A stretch of DNA of 64,000 nt from Macrostomum hystrix (GCA_950097015.1 CATNEN010000038.1:17174001-17238000); one strand, 5' to 3'. Counted from the first letter of the stretch, positions 36,201-48,414 are shown. The notes: generated by a model from the sequence alone, not told the origin. Numbers and translations: made by a program.

Positions 36201-39200
36201 GTCAGATTTTGTATGTCAGAAGTTTACTGTCAGATTCTTTATGTCAGATTTTGTATGTCAGAAATTTCCTGTCAGATTCTCTATGTCAGATTTTATAAGT
36301 CAGAAATTTCCTGTCAGATTCTTTATGTCAGATTTTAGAAGTCAGAAATTTCCTGTCAGATTCTTTATGTCAGATTTTATAAGTCAGAAATTTCCTGTCA
36401 GATTCTTTATGTCAGATTTTATAAGTCAGAAATTTCCTGTCAGATTCTTTATGTCAGATTTTGTATGTCAGAAGTTTACTGTCAGATTTGTATGTCAGAG
36501 AATTTCCGTCAGACTTTGTATTTCAGAGATTTTCTGTATGTTTGTCAATGTTCCAGACTGTGTGTCTAGCTCCATATTTCTGCTTTGCAAATGTTTTGTT
36601 TTTTTTGTCCCGTCTGCCAGGGCCTGTTTTATAACCCTCCTCCTACTTTCGAATTCTCCTTCCTCAGAGCCCTTGACCGGTTGACCGGCAGTCGCGTTCC
36701 CAGCGTTGCCGACGCCGCCACAGGCGTTGTTCGACGGGCCACCTCGAGGCTGTCGGTTCGCTCCGATCAATCGGCACCTCTGAGCGAAGCCCAGCTAAAT
36801 AGCCTGCTGCTCTACCTGTTCCCGGATGCGGCAGGGGTGTCAAGTGAGTGTTTTTCTGTTGAGACAAGAAATAAGACAAGAATGATTTAAGCATGATGAC
36901 AATTGAGATAGATGTACACTCAGCAACAGTCAAAAGTTCCACCCCTATCGCGCCTAGTCAGAGATAACTTCTCGCTCACAATTCAACCCGCGAGTTACGC
37001 AACTACGCCGCGAGGAGGGAAGGCTGACTGAATCAATAATAAACACCAGTCGCACAAAATCACAAGTATATTTTTTATGCAATATGCAGATTTAGAATCG
37101 CAATGCTTAATACCGCGTGTGGGATCCCCTCGCACACAGAAGAGCGGCGACTCTGCGGGGCATCCCCAAGATGAGGCGGCGCAGAAAGTCCTGCGGAAGT
37201 TGCTGCCAAGCGTTTGCAATGGCGTGACGCAGCTCCGCAACATTCTGTGGTGCATTCTCTTTTCGAATGCTGCGCTTTTGAAAGTCCCAGACATGCCCGA
37301 TTGGATTCATGTCTGGGGACCGGGAAGGCCAGCGCAGAGTGCGGATCTGTAGCTGCTCTTTCACTTGACCAACAGCATCGGCTCGGTGTGGCGGCGCGTT
37401 ATCATCCTGAAGAATGCAGTTGCCAACTACTCCGAAAGCAGCGTCGGCAAACGGTAGGAACCAAGTCTGCAGAAGATCTGCGTAGCTATTAGCGCTCACG
37501 TTGGCATCCAGGAAGACGACATCCGTCCTTGAATGTAGCGAGATGCCGGCCCAAACGTGCACTGAGGCAGCCTGGCTCTCAGCGCACTGTACATGCGGCT
37601 GCAGCATCTCCTGCCGCGGTTCTCGCCAAACGCGGGTGCGACCGTCTGCTTGGAAAAGTCGGAACCGGCTCTCGTCAGTGAAAACAACACGTCGCCACTG
37701 CTGCTGTCTCCAGTGGACGCGCTGCATCGCCCACTGCTCTCGGCTGGCGATGTGGGCAGGACTGAGTCGAGGCCGCTTGCGCATCTTGCGAGAGCGGAGG
37801 CCGGCCTCCTGAATTCGACGTCAAACTGTCTGGGCGCTCAGGGTGCTTCCTGCTCTGCTTCTCTCACCCCACATCAGGCGGAGCAGGGTGGGAGTTCGCC
37901 TTACTATTCGCAGCAGACGGCAATTTGCTCTGGCTGTTGAGCCACGGAGATCAAGGCGCTGACTGCCTTTCCCAGCGCATTCCACGCTGCCAGTCTCACG
38001 GGACTTTGTCAGCAGTTTTCGAATTGCCGCTCGCGCTCTTCCAAATCTGCGAGCAACTTCGCTGATGGACACACCGACTTCCAGCATTCCAACAGCACGC
38101 CATCGTTCAGCATTAGTCATTTGCCGGACCATTTTTTAAATAGTGTGTGTGTATTCGACAGAAAATTTGTCTAAAAGTTAGACTGAAAGTTACGCAGTTT
38201 TGTACCATTACACAGACCCAAGCCCCCCAAGTGACAATAAGCTTCGCTGCGTGCCGCAAGTTGCGTCACTCACAATAAGTGAGAGAAATTCCATCTCGCT
38301 TGGAGGGTGGAACTTTTGACTGTTGCTGAGTATAAGACAGAAAATATAAGACAGGCTGAACGATGACAGTTTGAGAGAAAAAATGAAAGGGTAGGGTAAA
38401 AAAAGGACAATAATCGCGATAATTGGAAACAGATTAAAAGACAAAAAGACCCGCAGCCAGCAAGGAGGCAATTCTGCCCATTTCGCTGACTCCTGAGCAC
38501 ACACGCACACAGATACTGTACGCAGGCACACGCTCACACAGGTTGTGTACATCTGCCCTTTCTCATCGTCAGGCAGTGTACAATTTCGCTCTACATTGGA
38601 GGTTGGTCCTCAAGGGCGTAAATTGCACGACAAGCCCCCAAGCCTTCTCTCCGCGGCTGCGCCTCAAATAAATGTGGCCTCTCACGGAATCGAGATCCCC
38701 GCTAAAAAAGGGATGTTTCTTTGGGTGATTCCAGTTGGAATCTGCGGTGTTTCCAGAAAAAGAAACAGCCGAACGCTGGAAACATACCAATTGGATGATT
38801 CCATGCTTAGAATCTACCCAACTGGGCGTTTTCTCGGTGCTTCTTGGTGGCGAAATGGAATCACCCAAAGAATCCTCCAGTTCAGAAGATTCCATGCTCA
38901 GAAACCGCCGAGGAATCGCCCGTAAATAATTCTCTGGTTGTCCCATGGGCCACTGGTTCGGGTGATTCTTCGGCGGTTTCCGCACAATTTACGGTTACAT
39001 CGGCTGCTTCCTGGGTAGTTTCTTTAACTCTTGCGAGATAGGGGGGATTTTTGTAGATTCCACTCCTATTTTGCACAAAAACCCGCCGAAGAAGCACCCG
39101 AATGTTTTACAGGGTCAGGAACCTTGGTGCCAGAGGCAAACGCGTTAGACCGCTCTGCCACTCGCCCCCCCCTATTGATGACAAAAGTTATCCGATTACT

Positions 39201-42200
39201 AGTTTTTAGGAATAAATCATACTGTGGTCGCATTATTGCATTTTTTAGATTTTTATCGTTACATGTTTAAGATAAGATAAAGATAAAAAAAAGACCGGGA
39301 AGGGGCGAAACATGAGAGACCTGGCGTTGCAGTAAGAGGCATTTTAAACAAATCATTATTTTACTAAAGGCTACTTTTTCTTTCTCCGTCATTGCTGACA
39401 GATTTGTCTCAGCAGCAGCAGCCGCCGCCTGCCCAGTACTCGGAGCGTGCTCAAAAGTTGGCCAGAGATTTGAAATGCGCCCCGCTCGGCTCGCTGGCCC
39501 ACCGATTGGCCCTGGCTGTTGCGATGCTGAATCACACCCACTCTAGCGGTATCCACGCGGTTGCCCACCTATGGCAGGAGGTTGTCCTCGAACTGCGCTA
39601 CCGATGGGAGAATTCCTGCCCCTTGCCGACCTCGGCTGTGATTGGCTCGGCCGCCGCCGACGAAGCTGTAGCCGATGCCGCTGCTGAACTCATTGAAACT
39701 CCGCCAGATTTGGGCACTTCGCTGTTGCACCAGAAAATGCAGATGCTTCAGCTGTGCATTGGCAGAAAGATAGCCAGGTTTGTCCCGCTGGGAATTTTTT
39801 TGGTTTGCTATTATTAATAATAATAATAATAATTGCAGGAGGGCTGCGGGCAATAACACATAGTTTGGTGACACTAGACCCGCAGCCAGCGAGGAGGCAA
39901 TTCTGCCCATTTCGCTGACTCCTGAGCACACACGCACACAGATACCGTACGCAGGCATACGCTCACACAGGTGTGTACATCTGCCCTGACTTTCTCATCG
40001 TCAGGCAGTGTACACTCTCACTGTACCTTGGAGGTTGGCCCTCAAGGGCGTAAATTGCACGACAAGCCCCCAAGCCTTATTATTATTATTATATTACACC
40101 TGCCCTAATTGGGTGAGATGTGCGGCCGACAACAAAGCTGCAGCGATTGCTGTAAGCTTTGTACGGTCTGTTGAGTCCATGGACTGGGGGAATTGCCTTA
40201 CGCAACCTTAATTATCCCAGCTAATGCTGGTACCCATTTAACAGCTGGGTGAACTGAAGCTATGCAGAAGTAGGTGTATTGCTAACGGACTCGAATTGTT
40301 CGGCCAGTCTAGTCGGGAATCAAACGACCGACCTTCAAGTCGTCTGTCTAACAGTGATTATACATCTGGGCCAACTGGGTTAGGTGTCATTTCTCCATCC
40401 ATTCATTGATTTAATGTGTGTGCCGAAACATAAAAAATAATGATAGATATCAAAAATCAAATATGAAGGGAGAAGGCTGCCATGACAACAGCTCAGCAGC
40501 GGTCTAGTGCCGACGATGAAACAGTGGCTTGTCCAGTCTCGCATGAGGATGGCGGGACAATAAACGATGGCGCCCCCGACAGTGACGCAGGCAACAACGA
40601 ATCCGACGAGGAGTTCTTCGAATGCGAAGAGGAGCCGCAGCACGCCGATTATCCGCCCGACGGTCGGCTACGCCCGCTGACAACTACGACAGCGTCGGGC
40701 GCCGATTCGTCGACAGCGTCGGATTCCACTGCACCGCAATTTCGCTTATTGAAACGTCCGGATCGGGTGCTGTGGGTTCCGGCTACTCAGCAGGCTCCTC
40801 CGATGACGGAGGACAGTCTTGAAGAGCACACCGAGCTGCTTACTAGGCTGGGCACTGATTCACATGCCGCCGCATTGAGGGCCAGAATGCAGAGCAGCTC
40901 GCTGCTTAGCGACATGCAAGCTTTTAAGGTGAGAACATCTACGCTTCAGCTGGTTACAACTGGTCACTCTTAACTCATTCCATCGACTGCTCATTCTTCA
41001 TTCACTTCATCAACTGGTCACTATTCATTCACTCCATCAACTGGTCACTCTTCATTCACTCCATCAACTGGTCACTCTTCATTCACTCCATCAACTGGTC
41101 ACTCTTCATTCACTCCAAGAACTGGTCACTATTCATTCACTTCATCAACTGGTCACTATTAATTCACTTCATCAACTGGTCACTATTCATTCACTCCATC
41201 AACTGGTCACTCTTCATTCACTCCATCAACTGGTCACTCTTCATTCACTCCATCAACTGGTCACTATTCATTCACTCCAAGAACTGGTCACTATTCATTC
41301 ACTCCATCAACTGGTCACTATTCATTCACTCCATCAACTGGTCACTCTTCATTCACTCCATCAACTGGTCACTCTTCATTCACTCCATCAACTGGTCACT
41401 CTTCATTCACTCCATCAACTGGTCACTATTCATTCACTCCATCAACTGGTCACTCTTCATTCACTCCATCAACTGGTCACTCTTCATTCACTCCAACAAC
41501 TGGTCACTCTTCATTCACTCCAACAACTGGTCACTCTTCACTCTCTTCAAACAGGTGTTTGATAATTTCTCATGCCGTTTAGGCCGCCAATCCCGGCTGT
41601 TGCCTCGAAGACTTCGTTCGCTGGCATTCGCCCAGAGATTACTCAAATGGCCAGTTATCGGCTAGGATGCAGTTGCCAGGCAACATCTGGCTAGAGACCT
41701 GGCAGCTGTCTAGACCCGTGCCAGCCAGACTGCAACGCAGGCTTTTTGACGACACAAAAGAGGTTGAAAAAATTCTTCAACGATTAAGCGGCCTAACACC
41801 GGCGGAGGTTGCTAGGCTGTTGCTACCCAACGCTGTGCTAGACGCCCTGGCTAGCCTAGTCGACTTGCCAACCGAGGAGGCCGATATGCTCAACGAGGCG
41901 GTACCAAAATTTCAACGGGCCATGGACACCGCCTGCGAGAAAGCCTGCGACGCCACTAGGGAAAGGGCAGCCAATCCTGAAAGATACGAGAGCTTGGTTG
42001 GCGATATTGCCTACCTGGAATTGCAGGTATGTATTGTAAGGCTGCTATTTCCAAGGTTAGTCAGTGTGCCGTTTCCAAGGTTAGTCAGTGTGCCGTTTCC
42101 AAGGTTAGTCAGTGTGCCGTTTCCAAGATTAATCTGGGTATTTCCAAGGTTAGTCAGTGTACCGTTTCCAAGATTAATCTGGGTATTTCCAAGATTAGTC

Positions 42201-44528
42201 AGTGTGCCGTTTCCAAGGTTAGTTGATGTGCCATTTCCAATGTTAATCTGGGTATTTCCAAGATTAGTCAGTGTGCCGTTTCCAAGATTAGTCAGTGTGC
42301 CGTTTCCAAGGTTAGTTGATGTGCCATTTCCAAGATTAATCTGGGTATTTCCAAGATTAGTCAGTGTGCCGTTTCCAAGGTTAGTTGATGTGCCGTTTCC
42401 AATGTTAATCTGGGTATTTCCAAGATTAGTCAGTGTGCCATTTCCAAGGTTAGTTGATGTGCCATTTCCAAGATTAATCTGGGTATTTCCAAGATTAGTC
42501 AGTGTGCCGTTTCCAAGATTAGTCAGTGTGCCGTTTCCAAGGTTAGTTGATGTGCCATTTCCAAGATTAATCTGGGTATTTCCAAGGTTAGTCAGTGTAC
42601 CGTTTCCAAGGTTAGTTGATGTGCCGTTTCCAAGGTTAGTTGATGTGCCGTTTCCAAGGTTAGTTGATGTGCCATTTCCAAGATTAATCTGGGTATTTCC
42701 AAGATTAGTCAGTGTGCCGTTTCCAAGGTTAGTTGATGTGCCGTTTCCAAGGTTAATCTGGGTATTTCCAAGATTAGTCAGTGTGCCATTTCCAAGGTTA
42801 GTTGATGTGCCATTTCCAATGTTAATCTGGGTATTTCCAAGATTAGTCAGTGTGCCATTTCCAAGGTTAGTCAGTGTGCCATTTCCAATGTTAATCTGGG
42901 TATTTCCAAGATTAGTCAGTGTGCCATTTCCAAGGTTAGTCAGTGTGCCATTTCCAATATTAATCTGGGTATTTCCAAGATTAGTCAGGGTGCCATTTCC
43001 AAGGTTAGTCGCGTGCCCTATTTAATGTTGAAGTGTCATTTTAACGTTTAGTACGGACCATTTATTTCAATTTTGTGTCGTGTCTGTGGCGTTAAAGTGT
43101 GCCATTTTCCAAGTTCGGTATGTCTAGAAAGCACTTGCACTCTCAATTAATATTCAAACTATTTCCACATGTCATTAAACGTTGATATTTCCTGTGTTTT
43201 TAATGATATTTTATAAACACATCCGCACCAACAAAAATTTATGCACCCCTCCCTACATAAAAAAGGCTTGAAGAGGATTGGAATGAAAATATTTTTATTT
43301 AGCATAATGTTGTTAAGAAAGCCTATTTTATGAGGCTAAGAAACACAGCTATTTAACAACGATTTGTGATTGCATATACTCGTATATATATACCTTGTGG
43401 CTTATTACTTAAGAAGCAGGTTTTAACTGAAAACGCTGTGTTTTAATTCCGAGAATCTACATAAGTTATTAACAATGGTAGATCGTCTAAGCTACTTTTC
43501 GTAAGTTCTATAAGTGTAAATTACTTTAAGTTTAAGCTTTTTTCGATTTTTCACATTTCATATAATTCCTTATCAGTACAACAGTCATGGCACAATTTTC
43601 TCATTTTTCCCCTGTTGCATTTTTGTCTCACGCCGTGTCTCATCTCTCCATTTTCTCATCTCTTCATGTCTAATCTCGTGTCTCATCTCTCCCCTGTTTC
43701 ATCTAGGGTCTCATCTCTCCCCTGTCTCATCTAGGGTCTCATCTCTCCCCTGTCTCATCTCTCCCCTGTCTCATCTCTACCCTGCCTCATCTAGTGTCTC
43801 ATCTCTCCCTTGTCTTATCTAGTGTCTTATCTCTCCCCTTGTCTAATCTAGGGTCTCATCTCTCCCCTGTCTCATCTCTCCCCTGTCTCATTTAGCGTCT
43901 CATCTCTCCCCTGTCTTTGTATACAGGGAGATGTCTGTATAGAGCCGCCTCAATTGTTTCTCTCATCTCTCCCGGGCGCTGTGAAATTTCTCTAATGATT
44001 GACAAATAAAACAAAGGATTTTTCATTCTCTAGGTTGTTCGACTGCGCTCACTACTGTACAAATTCAACGCGTGCTCTAGTTCCTCTACTGCAGCCAGTG
44101 AGGCCGTCAGTTCGATTCCCGATTCGAATTCGTCACAATGGCCGATTCCGTCGGATCCAGTCAGTCGTCAGTTCCTTCTCGACCTGCTGCGTCAGCCGGA
44201 GGTTCCAGTTGTTGGCGCCTCTCGGGGCCCGATCGGCAGCGCTCTGCAGAGAATGTTTCTTGAAAGTCACACCTCGGCTACAGCTGCGGCGGCGGCTGCG
44301 GCGGCAGCGGCGGCGGCTGTCTCATCCGATGTCGTCCTCAATGAAGCTTCAACAGCGTCTGGGGCAACCAGATTCCCACCCTATACAGCCAAAGAGATGC
44401 TGCTGCGCTGCGTGGCGCCCAGGCCCGGACCGGGCTCCAGGCCCACACCGCAGAGACTGTACTGCGTACTGGCCAAGGACGACTATCGATTTGCTGGGGC
44501 GTTTACTGAAGACACGACATTTCTCTAA
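33256..44528 (+). CDS. RAB3GAP1: Rab3 GTPase-activating protein catalytic subunit (8 exons, about 1108 aa)
   Basis: Exons 33256-33642, 34465-34809, 35191-35834, 36668-36843, 39402-39777, 40469-40928, 41583-42026, 44034-44528 join in phase. Motifs VFEITDFTSATDWEQF, LRARMQSSSLLSDMQAFKAANPGCCLEDFVRWHSPRDY and C-terminal RFAGAFTEDTTF. Confidence 0.95.
33952..34302 (+). mobile_element. SINE family B, near full-length copy
   Basis: tRNA-like head GGCAGAGTGGTCTAACGCG...CTCGATTCC and 3' end CCCGCAGCCCTCCTGCAATTATT. Confidence 0.85.
34955..35170. repeat. Degenerate ~32-bp repeat containing CACGTG, just upstream of RAB3GAP1 exon 3
   Basis: TCCAGATTAACACGTGATAAAC repeated. Confidence 0.75.
35865..36560. 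repeat. 42-bp higher-order array of three 14-bp GTCAGA-ended subunits, RAB3GAP1 intron 3
   Basis: TTCTTTATGTCAGA-TTTTATAAGTCAGA-AATTTCCTGTCAGA. Confidence 0.95.
36917..38332 (-). mobile_element. Tc1-family transposon, 1416 bp, in RAB3GAP1 intron 4
   Basis: About 28-bp TIRs CACTCAGCAACAGTCAAAAGTTCCACCC, TA TSDs and an internal transposase. Confidence 0.95.
37107..38132 (-). pseudogene. Tc1 DD34E transposase with an in-frame TGA (37823-37821) and catalytic E replaced by G
   Basis: ORFs 37821-38132 and 37107-37784 are in the same frame. Motifs FTDES, QDDNA and WPSRSPDMNPI(G). Confidence 0.9.
38449..39170 (-). mobile_element. SINE family B copy interrupted by a CACTA-like MITE
   Basis: SINE body 38449-38697 and head 39115-39170. 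Confidence 0.82.
38698..39114. mobile_element. CACTA/EnSpm-like non-autonomous element, 417 bp
   Basis: Short imperfect TIRs CCCGCTAAAA / TTTTACAGGG, 2-bp TSD TC (defined against the SINE consensus) and inverted subterminal motifs (CCGCCGAAGAA, GAATCACCCAAAGA). Confidence 0.7.
39813..40076 (-). mobile_element. SINE family B, 5'-truncated
   Basis: (TAA)n tail at 39813-39833 and a body matching the other copies. Confidence 0.82.
40077..40350 (-). mobile_element. SINE family A copy abutting the SINE B copy
   Basis: (TAT)n tail followed by CACCTGCCC...CAGCTGGGTGAACTGAAGC. Confidence 0.78.
40945..41545. repeat. 27-bp minisatellite (AACTGGTCACTCTTCATTCACTCCATC), RAB3GAP1 intron 6
   Basis: Read directly. 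Confidence 0.96.
42047..43015. repeat. Mixed 24/21-bp minisatellite, RAB3GAP1 intron 7
   Basis: Units TTTCCAAGGTTAGTCAGTGTGCCG, TTTCCAAGGTTAGTTGATGTGCCA and TTTCCAAGATTAATCTGGGTA. Confidence 0.96.
43620..43975 (+). repeat. 16-bp family minisatellite tract (TCTCATCTCTCCCCTG)
   Basis: Same family as the arrays at 9470, 20700 and 47125. Confidence 0.85.
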
Positions 44529-44729
44529 TCGTGTTTTAGAGTCGAAGTTTTCGTATTAAAGTTAGATTTTTAATTGCGTAAGCATCACACTACTAGAAGT
44601 AGAAATAAAAGCATTCTAGTACACAGGCCTCACTCATCAATTAAAAATAAGTACATTTTAGTGGAAATATGCCTTAGACACCTCTAATGGTAATAGTGAA
44701 AGCAATTTACTTAGGAAATAAACTTTTGA

Positions 44730-44990
44730 TTACACCTGCCCCAATTAATCCATATTAGCAGCCGATAGTACAGCCGAAGCAATTGCGCGTCACATTTGAA
44801 GGCTGCGTACGGCTGTTCAGTCCATGGACTGGGAGGACACCACACCCACCCTCAATTACCTTAACAGCTGGGTGAACTAAAGCAATGCAGTGTTAAGTGT
44901 CTTGCTAAAAGACACAAATTGTTCCAGTGGAGTCAAGAATCGAACCCCCGACCTTCAAGTCATGAGTCAGACGCTCTAACCACTCGGCTA
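44730..44990 (-). mobile_element. SINE family A
   Basis: Minus-strand head TAGCCGAGTGGTTAGAGCG...GGTTCGATTC and CORE-like GCAAGACACTTAAC...TCACCCAGCTGTTAA. Confidence 0.85.
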
Positions 44991-45806
44991 GAATTTCAGT
45001 ACTACAAGTAGATATAAAGCCATTCTAGTGTTAAAAACTCACCATTGAGACTACTAATAGTAACAAAAGAAACATTTTAGTTAAAAATATGCCCAAAACA
45101 TCTCTAATGAGACGAATGAAAGCAATTTAGTTGGTAAAGGTTGATTATTCGACACTGCTGATAGTGACAAAAGATTTGTCTCTAATAATTAGTGTTATTA
45201 TATATTATTATATTATATTATAGCTGGTATTGAATCCGTTTTGTATATTTAATTTTTTTCCAATCGTTTATGCTTCCTATTCCTTATACTTGTTCGAGTG
45301 CTAGGTCAGTACTTGAGTGCAAATGGTATTGAGCTTTCGTTTATCTATTGTTACACTATATTAATTTATGGATGTAATTTGGTGGTTCTAGTGTAAGTTT
45401 TAATTATCGAATCCTGTGTTGTCAAAAACTCGTTGCTCGTTTATTGTTAGAATGGCTGTCCTGTACTGACATATTGACATTTGATCATTGAAATATTTTT
45501 CCTTTAATATGTACTATTCTGTGACTTCGTGATTATTTGTTGTCAATTAGATGTTATCGTTTAGTTTTACCATTAATAAATTGTGTTTTAAAAAACGCAA
45601 AACAAGCAATTTCTTTCATTTGTGTGGTGAAATATTTGGTATTACCTAAAACTTGCTACTGTTTTTTTCTTTTATATAATAAGTTGAATTAAAATATTTT
45701 ATCAATGTTTTTGAGCCAATCTTTCGTGACCAATTCCAGCTTCAAATCCTGATCAGTTCAACCGGTAACGATTTTTTTAACGTCAAGTTGAAACAAACTT
45801 AACTTC

Positions 45807-48283
45807 ATGTCTCGGCAATCGAATCGCACGGCGGATAACCGAAGAGTTGTAAGTTGTAACTTTTGTTTAATTTCGTTCAACTAGGGTCAAGATTTTCAGC
45901 AGATTCTAGGCTAGATTGTGAGCAGATTCTAGGCTAGATTTTGAGAAGATTCTAGGCTAGATTTTCAGCAGATTTTAGGGTAGATTGTGAGCAGATTCTA
46001 GGCTAGATTTTCAGCAGATTCTAGGCTAGATTTTCAGCAGATTCTAGGCTAGATTTTCAGCAGATCTTAGGGTAGATTGTGAGCAGATTCTAGGCTAGAT
46101 TTTGAGAAGATTCTAGGCTAGATTTTCAGCAGATTCTAGGCTAGATTCTGAGCAGATTCTAGGCTAGATTTTGAGAAGATTCTAGGCTAGATTTTCAGCA
46201 GATTCTAGGCTAGATTTTGAGCAGATTCTAGGCTACTTTTTCAGCAGATTCTAGGCTAGATTTTCAGCAGATTCTAGGCTAGATTTTCAGCAGATTCTAG
46301 GCTAGATTGTGAGCAGATTCTAGGCTAGATTTTGAGAAGATTCTAGGCTAGATTTTCAGCAGATTCTAGGCTAGATTTTCAGCATATTCTAGGCTAGATT
46401 TTCAGCAGATTTTAGGGTAGATTGTGAGCAGATTCTAGGCTAGATTTTGAGCAGATTCTAGGCTACTTTTTCAGCAGATTCTAGGCTAGATTTTCAGCAT
46501 ATTCTAGGCTAGATTTTCAGCAGATTTTAGGGTAGATTGTGAGCAGATTCTAGGCTAGATTTTCAGCAGATTCTAGGCTAGATTTTCAGCAGATTTTAGG
46601 GTAGATTTTCAGCAGATTCTAGGCTAGATTTTCAGCATATTCTAGGCTAGATTTTCAGCAGATTTTAGGGTAGATTGTGAGCAGATTCTAGGCTAGATTT
46701 TGAGCAGATTCTAGGCTAGATTTTGAGCAGATTCTAGGCTACTTTTTCAGCAGATTCTAGGCTACTTTTCAGCAGATTCTAGGCTGAACTTGTTCTTTTA
46801 GTCTCCATTTAGCCTAAATTTGCAACAATATTTGAAATTAAAAGCTTTCCTTACTTACATAATGAAACTTCAGAGCTCGGAATTATTAACTCTAACCTAC
46901 GGCGCATTCGTATCCCAGCTTCTGAAAGATTATGAGAGTGACGAGTCGGTTAACAAGCAGCTCGATACTATGTGAGTTTGTCGTCTAGGTTGCTGCTTTT
47001 TTTAGGGGAAGGGGGTAAACAGCGAAAAACACTATATCTAATGCAGGGATAGGCAAACTTATTTGCTGGCGGTCCAAAGAGAGAACCTAAAAGACGACAG
47101 CGGGCCGCATTGACTGTATAAATATGAGATAGGGGAGAGATGAGACACGGGAGAGATTAGACACGGGAGAGATAAGACAGGGGAGAGATTAGACACGGGA
47201 GAGATTAGACACGGGAGAGATAAGACAGGGGAGAGATTAGACACGGGAGAGATGAGACACGGGAGAGATAAGACACGGGAGAGATAAGACAGGGGAGAGA
47301 TTAGACACGGGAGAGATGAGACACGGGAGAGATAAGACACGGGAGAGATAAGACAGGGGAGAGATTAGACACGGGGGAGATAAGACAGGGGAGAGATTAG
47401 ACACGGGAGAGATAAGACAGGGGAGAGATTAGACACGGGAGAGATAAGACAGGGGAGAGATTAGACACGGGAGAGATAAGACAGGGGAGAGATTAGACAC
47501 AGGAGAGATAAGACGGGAGAGATTAGATACAGGAGAGATTAGACACGGGAGAGATAAGACACGGGAGAGATTAGACACGAGAGCGATGAGACACGATGAG
47601 ACACGGGAGAGATAAGACGGGAGAGATTAGATACAGGAGAGATTAGACACGGGAGAGATAAGACACGAGAGCGATGAGACACGATGAGACACGGGAGAGA
47701 TAAGACACGAGAGCGATGAGACACGGGAGAGATTAGACACGAGAGCGATGAGACACGGGAGAGATAAGACAGGGGAGAGATTAGACAAAGTCTCAACAAA
47801 TGATGTGTCATCGCCCGCAGCCCTCCTGCAATAATAATACTAATTATAATTATTATTATTATAACTATTATTATCGTTATTAATAGGGGCTACAATATCG
47901 GCGTGCGCATTGTCGAAGACTATTTAGCTCGCACCGGTGTTAGACGCTGCGGTGATCTGCGCGAAACGGCCGACAAAATTGTTAAAGAAGGCTTCAAGCA
48001 CTACCTTGGCGTGGCGCCCACCATTCAGGGCATGACTCACAACGAATTCTCCCTAGTATTGGACTCTAATCCTCTGACGGAGTTTGTTGAACTGCCACAG
48101 TCGCATGCTAATCTGCAATTCTCTAATATTATCTGCGGCGCATTGCGAGGCGCCTTAGAAGCTGTACACCTGCAGATTGAGGCTCAGTTTGTTCAAGACA
48201 CACTGCGCGGCGATCCGGCGACTGAGATTCGAGTCCGATTCGTTAAACGGATCGAAGAAACACTTCCACCTGGAGAGGACTGA
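45807..48283 (+). CDS. TRAPPC3: Trafficking protein particle complex subunit 3 (BET3), 3 exons, 178 aa
   Basis: Exons 45807-45848, 46874-46971, 47887-48283 give MSRQSNR...SSELLTLTYGAFVSQLLKDYE...MGYNIGVRIVEDYLAR...NPLTEFVELP...LPPGED. Confidence 0.96.
45890..46785. repeat. 23-bp minisatellite (GATTTTCAGCAGATTCTAGGCTA), TRAPPC3 intron 1
   Basis: Read directly. Confidence 0.97.
47044..47790 (-). mobile_element. Truncated inverted copy of the minisatellite-carrying hAT MITE, TRAPPC3 intron 2
   Basis: 47044-47125 is the reverse complement of the right end of 20607-21822 and is followed by the 16-bp array. The second TIR is missing. Confidence 0.88.
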
Positions 48284-48414
48284 GCTGTCACTCATTCTGA
48301 CTAGTTCTTTTATTAGAAAAATTTGTTTTCTGAGTACTCAATTATTTAGTCCTTAACTATCTATCTAGGTTTGATTACTGAATGAATGTTAATTAGTGTT
48401 CCTCCATCGTTTAT

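Noticed and set aside
37821-37823. Programmed readthrough or selenocysteine at the Tc1 TGA
   Set aside because: It is best explained as a CGA>TGA mutation, and the catalytic glutamate is also lost.
42027-43025. Repetitive FPRLVSVP extension of RAB3GAP1 as true coding sequence
   Set aside because: There is a canonical donor at 42027, and the conserved C-terminus lies in the exon at 44034-44528. The open frame follows from unit lengths divisible by 3.
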